Shown here one piece after another: positions 58,231 through 64,000 of a stretch of DNA of 64,000 bases (position 1 is its first letter; each line of letters starts with the position of its first letter). Origin of the DNA: Eledone cirrhosa (taxonomy: Eukaryota); contig OZ024743.1 in assembly GCA_964016885.1 (NCBI GenBank), positions 17,918,001 through 17,982,000 of the forward strand. Reading direction: 5' to 3'. Below the pieces are notes generated by a model. That model did no database searches. It was not told the origin of the DNA and saw nothing but the letters and a program-made list of their open reading frames with translations. A program made the translations under genes and the position numbers.

Positions 58231-59832
58231 AAGGTTATCATATACATAAAATTAAATTAGAGATATATATATGTTGCAACTGTTCACTTTTAAGCTCAAT
58301 GAAGAATTAATAAGTTAAAATCAAAAAATCAACGATCAATTGTTTGTCAGAGATTTCCCCGTAAGAAAATTTATTCTTAAAGCTTGCTAGATTTGATTAT
58401 GTATATGGTTAATTATGCTAATTAGAAGAAGAAATAGTATATATTTTAATATCTGATTGATTCTATAGACATGATTTATGATATAATGCTCTGATTTTTT
58501 TATTTTAATTTATTAATTCTTCATTGAGCTTAAAAGTGAACAGTTGCAACATATATATATATATCTAATTTAATGTTATGTATATGATAAACTTTATATT
58601 TAATAATCTCCCAATTGGTTGAGATTAATTTTGGCGATATATTGCTGCGCTTTCTAGCAGCAAGCCTACCCGCCGTAAGCAACCAATCACACGCTTTCTC
58701 TCTGGCTGGTACACAGCTACATAGCGATCTTAGCCATTTTTGAATCTAAATTTGGCGCGGTCGGTTCGAGAAAATAAATGTCTGATTCTGAGTTTATCTC
58801 CTGATGAAACCTAACTCAGGACAAATCCATATTATTTGTATGTCCTAAATAGGAAGAAACCACGGTAGAGATATAATTACGGTATGGGCGCATTTCTTCT
58901 AGGTTTAATTTTACTACTAATTATGTGCGGTTGATGGTATATTCGATCGGATTCTGCATGCTGCCGAAATGTTTGATAAATAGTGGAACGGAGCTGCCGA
59001 GAAGAGGCTACGATCAATTGTTTGTCAGAAATTTACCCGTAAGAAAATTTATTCTTAAAGCTTGCTAGATTTGATTATGTATATGGTTAATTATGCTAAT
59101 TAGAAGAAGAAATAGTATATATTTAAATATCTGATTGATTCTATATACATGATTTATGACATAATGCTCTGATTTTTTGATTTTAATTTATTAATTCTTC
59201 ATTGAACTTAAAAGTCAACAGTTGCAACATATATGTATCTCTAATTTAATTTTATGTATATGATAACCTTTATATTTAATAATCTCCCAATCGGTTGAGA
59301 TTAATTTTGGCGATATATGGCTACGCTTTCTAGCAGCCAGCCTACCCGCCGTAAGCAACCAATCACACGCTTTCTCTCTGGCTGGTACACAGGTACATAG
59401 GGATCTTAGCCATTTTTGAATCTAAATTTGGCGCGGTCGGTTCGAGAAAATAAATGTCTGATTCTGAGTTTATCTCCTGATGAAACCTAACTCAGGACAA
59501 ATCCATATTATTTGTATGTCCTAAATAAGGAAGAAACCATGGTAGAGATATAATTACGGTATGTGCGCATTTCTTCTAGGTTTAATTTTACTACTAATTA
59601 TGTGCGGTTGATGGTATATTTGATCGGATTCTGCATGCTCCCGAAATGTTTGATAAATAGTGGAACGGAGCTGCCGCGAAGAGGCTACGATCAATTGTTT
59701 GTCAGAGATTTCCCCGTAAGAAAATTTATTCTTAAAGCTTGCTAGATTTGATTATGTATATGGTTAATTATGCTAATTAGAAGAAGAAATAGTATATATT
59801 TTAATATCTGATTGATTCTATAGATATGATAT
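58231..59832 (+). mobile_element. ORF-less tandem element: ~676-bp unit x~2.2, one HHR per unit, plus an inverted 5' segment (retrozyme-like)
   Basis: acgatcaattgtttgtcaga recurs at ~58332, ~59010 and ~59687. 58231-58331 is the reverse complement of ~58492-58594. Confidence 0.9.
58795..58873 (+). ncRNA. Type I hammerhead (second copy 59471-59550)
   Basis: tatctc-CTGATGA-aa ccta..aggaca..tgtcct..tagg aa-GAAA-cca(c/t)gg-TA-gagata. Stem III of copy 2 is the palindrome ACCATGGT. Confidence 0.82.
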
Positions 59833-59835
59833 ATA

Positions 59836-59923
<88 letters not shown>

Positions 59924-61045
59924 ATGTGTCTGCGTGTGTGTGTGAGTGTGTGTGTGTGTGTGTGTATATATACATGGATATATATAGGGGAAGGGGTGTA
60001 TGTGTGTGGGTGTGTGTGTGCTTGTTTATGTGCGTGTAATTATTTATATATATATACAATTAACTGAGTATGTTGTCACAATGTCAAATTAGATTAGAAT
60101 ATCTAAACGTATCAGAAATCATTAAAGGTATATCCATTTAGAAATACGTTAACATGTTCCCATACGTATTTAGCAAAATCTCATCTCCTCTCTGTTCATA
60201 GTACACGCTGATTCCGTTCAATACCTATAGAAGAATAGCCTGATATAAATAAATAATTGCATATATGAATGTAGTTATACAGACGTCATACACAAACGTT
60301 TTATTCGTACATAGACACATTTGCTGACATTTTACTGATATATATTTAATATATATCAAATATATATTTAATAAACATTTGAAATAAAAAAGTCATAACT
60401 TTTCCTGCTGCCCCTCTGATAGTAAATTATTTATAAGAAAAGCAAGGGTGCCCATATTGCTTAACGTCGTTACATTGGCTGTGTTGTTGATTTCTTTTAT
60501 AATTTCAGTTCACCTTCGATTAACTGTTTGAACTTATCATATAATCGCTCAATTATTTCTCGAACATTTTCATTATCAATGTATACTGAAATATTCCAGC
60601 CTCATCATATCGCATACACCAACATAATGTTCTATGTTACATGAGGATAGATTATTTTCACCGAATATTTGATCAATACAATTCTAGTTTATGTATACAC
60701 ACACACAAACATATATATATATATATACACAGTTCAAGAGTAACCAATCTTAAAGAGAGAGATGGAGAGAGTAGAGGAGATATGAGAGGAGAGATTGGTG
60801 AGTTAGTTAGAAGCCAAAGCGTAAAGGCATGTGCTCAATGTGCAATATGCAGTAGAAAGCAGCGAGGTGGCCGGCTTCATGCAGAAGTTAGGTGCGCAGA
60901 GCTGGAAATATTCATTAGTTAGGCAGATCTCACACAATGCAGCCTCGACAGATGAATACTGCTTGATTATGGCTGACAGCTGATGCAACCAAGACACCAT
61001 CGTAAAAACCAATATATGGAACATTATATTCTGTAACATTATTTT

Positions 61046-61226
61046 GTGGATTGGCAGTATCGGTAGAGGGTCGGACGCCATGTATTCCAGCATAGTTACG
61101 TCCCTTTACGATCTGAGTTCAAATCCCGCCGAGGTTGACTTTGCCTTTCATCCTTACAGGGTCGATAAAATAAAGTACCAGTAATGCACTGGGTATTTGC
61201 TGGCCTTGTGCCTAAAGTAGAAACAA
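61046..61226 (+). mobile_element. tRNA-derived SINE
   Basis: Nearly identical to 50117-50301, with an (ATT)n tail. Confidence 0.92.
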
Positions 61227-61341
61227 TTATTATTAATATTATTATTATTATTCTCTACATTCCTTACATCAAACTAAAATATGTTGACAATCTTTTAATA
61301 ATAGCTTCCTTGTGAAGTTTGTGGTCTTGTTCTTCTTAACT

Positions 61342-61423
<82 letters not shown>

Positions 61424-61509
61424 ATGCTTGGGGAGGGTCATATTTGCGTAATATTGCCAGAATTAATAGCAGAACACACTCACTGCTTTGTTGGTTTTCA
61501 CTTCTCGCA

Positions 61510-61554
<45 letters not shown>

Positions 61555-61595
61555 TTATATATATATATATATACATATATACATAGTTATATATG

Positions 61596-61713
<118 letters not shown>

Positions 61714-61844
61714 GTGAGGTTTTTTTTACAAAATGAAAAATAACCGAGGTGTCCTACACGAGTGGAAGTATAAAGAAAAAGGGATGAAATCGAAAATGCA
61801 ACTGAAGTCTTATTTTTTTTTAAAATATATATATTTATTTGGTT

Positions 61845-61882
61845 CCTTTACCGGTTACGCAGTTCTTCTGCTTTTCAAAAGG
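61845..61882 (-). ncRNA. Minimal hammerhead motif with U3-A8 core (related copy 41607-41640)
   Basis: cctt-TTGAAAA-gcag aagaa ctgc-GTAA-ccgg-TA-aagg. The 41.6-kb copy has GAAA at the variant position. Confidence 0.65.
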
Positions 61883-62672
61883 TGAGTTGAGATGGAGGGT
61901 CTGTGGTTTTTCTCACATCTGGTTGGTCTCTAAATGTTACTTGTTTTATATGGAAAAAGTGGCTCGAAAACCAGGTTTTTCGAGAAGTAATTTGATTGGT
62001 TTGTCAATAATTATAATAAATTTCGCGCCAGTTCGCGTTACAATAGTTCTTCAAATAAGAGAGAGAGGGGGGGGGGGGGGTTGTCACAGGTTGTTTTTTC
62101 ATATATGAGTGTTTGAATTTCTTTTTACTTGAAAAAATGAGGCTCACGAAGGCTTTTTTTTTGGTTGGTTATAAATGAAATTTGGCTGTCACGTGAACAA
62201 GTTTTCATTACATTTTTGCGCCCTTATTTGGAAAACTATTCTGTAGTCTTTATAGTGAATGTTATGACAATGGAGAGATAGTGGTCAAGGGAAAAGGGAT
62301 TGGGAGAAATGTTCTGGTTCAGTGAATATGGCCAGCTGTCAGAGTTCAGGTGTCAGAGTTCAGATTTTCTATTGAGACTGAAGATATGTGTTTATTTGTG
62401 TGCTTGTGTGTGTGTATGTGTGTGTGTGTGTATGTGTGTATTGGAAGATGATTCTATTAGTAGAGATGGGGGAGGGAGTTGGGTGTTATGTGTGTGTGTG
62501 CGAGTATGTTAGATAGAGAGAATATATATTTTGTGTGTGTGTATATATATATGTGTGTAGGAAAGTGGTTCTATTAGTAGAAATGGGGAGGGTGTTGAGG
62601 TGTGGGGGTTGTTATGTGTGTGTATGGGTGTTATGTGTGTGGGAGTATGGTTAGCATGTTAAGATGAAGAGA

Positions 62673-62703
<31 letters not shown>

Positions 62704-62912
62704 GTGTGTGTGTATGTGTGTGTGTAGGAAAATGATTCCTTTAGTAGGAATATTTTTGAATGAACATATTTTCCTGACTTTTTCGTGTTTGCTATTGTAT
62801 TGCCAGTGCAAACGTATGTTTAAGGTTTATTTAGTTCGGGTTTTTATTTTCTAAAGTAGAAGGTGTTATGTGTGTGTGTGTATGTCATATTGTGGTGTTG
62901 ACATAATGTATA

Positions 62913-63428
62913 TTAAACCTTATTTAATGTTGGTCTATATTTTTGAATAAACATATTTTCCTTATTTATTCGCATTTGTTCTGTTGTATTGTTAGCGCCA
63001 AGGTAAAATGGGAAGACTTGGAATTTGGGTGTCTTATTACTTGCGCAAATGTCTAGATATGCACTTAGTGGTATCTGTCTCGTGGTTGGATCTCGTAATT
63101 GTTGGCGATGAACTGTCATTCTGTTTCTGAGTGTGAGTTTAGTTTGTCCTATATAATCTTCATTGCATCCTTTACATTTAATGGCATAAACTAGATTTTT
63201 TGATGAGCAAGTGAAGTGATTTTTTACAGTAAAATTTTGTCCTGATTTAAATGTATACGTGTTGCCTTCAATGAGGTGAGTGCAGGTTCCACAATTAGAG
63301 CGACCACATTTTTTGATACTTGGTTGTGGGTTTGTGGTAGGTAATTTGGCATTGGTGAGTAATGTTTTCAGTGATTTTGGTTGTCTTTTGCTTTTGATTA
63401 TTTTGTGTGTTTCAAGGGCTTTTTTCAT
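62913..63428 (-). pseudogene. PLE Cys linker and GIY-YIG endonuclease (5'-truncated)
   Basis: CGRSNCGTC...FTCSSKNLVYAIKCKGCNEDYIGQTKLTLRNRMTVH...KE..FI..YRPTLN. Confidence 0.9.
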
Positions 63429-64000
63429 TCTTGGGTTTTGTTTTAGTAGTGGGATGTTATTGTGAATAGTGTTGTAAGCTTCCGCATTTCTTGGGTTGTG
63501 TGTTGAGATATATGATAGAATATTGGACGTACCTTGAAATTCAAGATTATATAGGACAAACTAAACTCACACTCAGAAACAGAATGACAGTTCATCGCCA
63601 ACAATTACGAGATCCAACCACGAGACAGATACCACTAAGTGCATATCTAGACATTTGCGCAAATAATAAGACACCCAAATTCCAAGTCTTCCCATTTTAC
63701 CTTGGTGCTAACAATACAACAGAACAAATGCGAATAAATAAGGAAAATATGTTTATTCAAAAATATAGACCAACATTAAATAAGGTTTAATATACATTAT
63801 GTCAACACCACAATATGACATACACACACACACATAACACCTTCTACTTTAGAAAATAAAAACCCGAACTAAATAAACCTTAAACATACGTTTGCACTGG
63901 CAATACAATAGCAAACACGAAAAAGTCAGGAAAATATGTTCATTCAAAAATATTCCTACTAAAGGAATCATTTTCCTACACACACACATACACACACACA

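Overview
AT-rich, microsatellite-saturated eukaryotic DNA with no recognisable host gene. The SINE family and the (TA)n/(TG)n density suggest an octopus or other cephalopod genome (inference). Almost all ORFs in the track are artefacts of dinucleotide repeats. The real content is a nested set of decayed mobile elements dominated by Penelope-like retroelements (PLEs; RT plus GIY-YIG) of several families. One near-complete copy (36090-41075, minus strand) has direct pLTRs, an upstream ORF1 and a Met-less RT ORF that opens at a T-TTT-TTA site. Many short fold-back and tandem non-coding elements sit in (TA)n tracts. Read by eye, they contain type I hammerhead ribozyme (HHR) motifs from more than ten sequence families. 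Many of these have palindromic stem III, a U3-A8 covariant core or a mismatched base of stem II. Two elements are ORF-less tandem arrays with one HHR per unit (539-bp and 676-bp units), resembling retrozymes. Also present are tRNA-derived SINEs, mariner and hAT remnants, a non-autonomous Helitron, and RTE-like and CRE-like LINE fragments. All structures were derived by manual inspection, so boundaries are approximate and ribozyme activity is untested.
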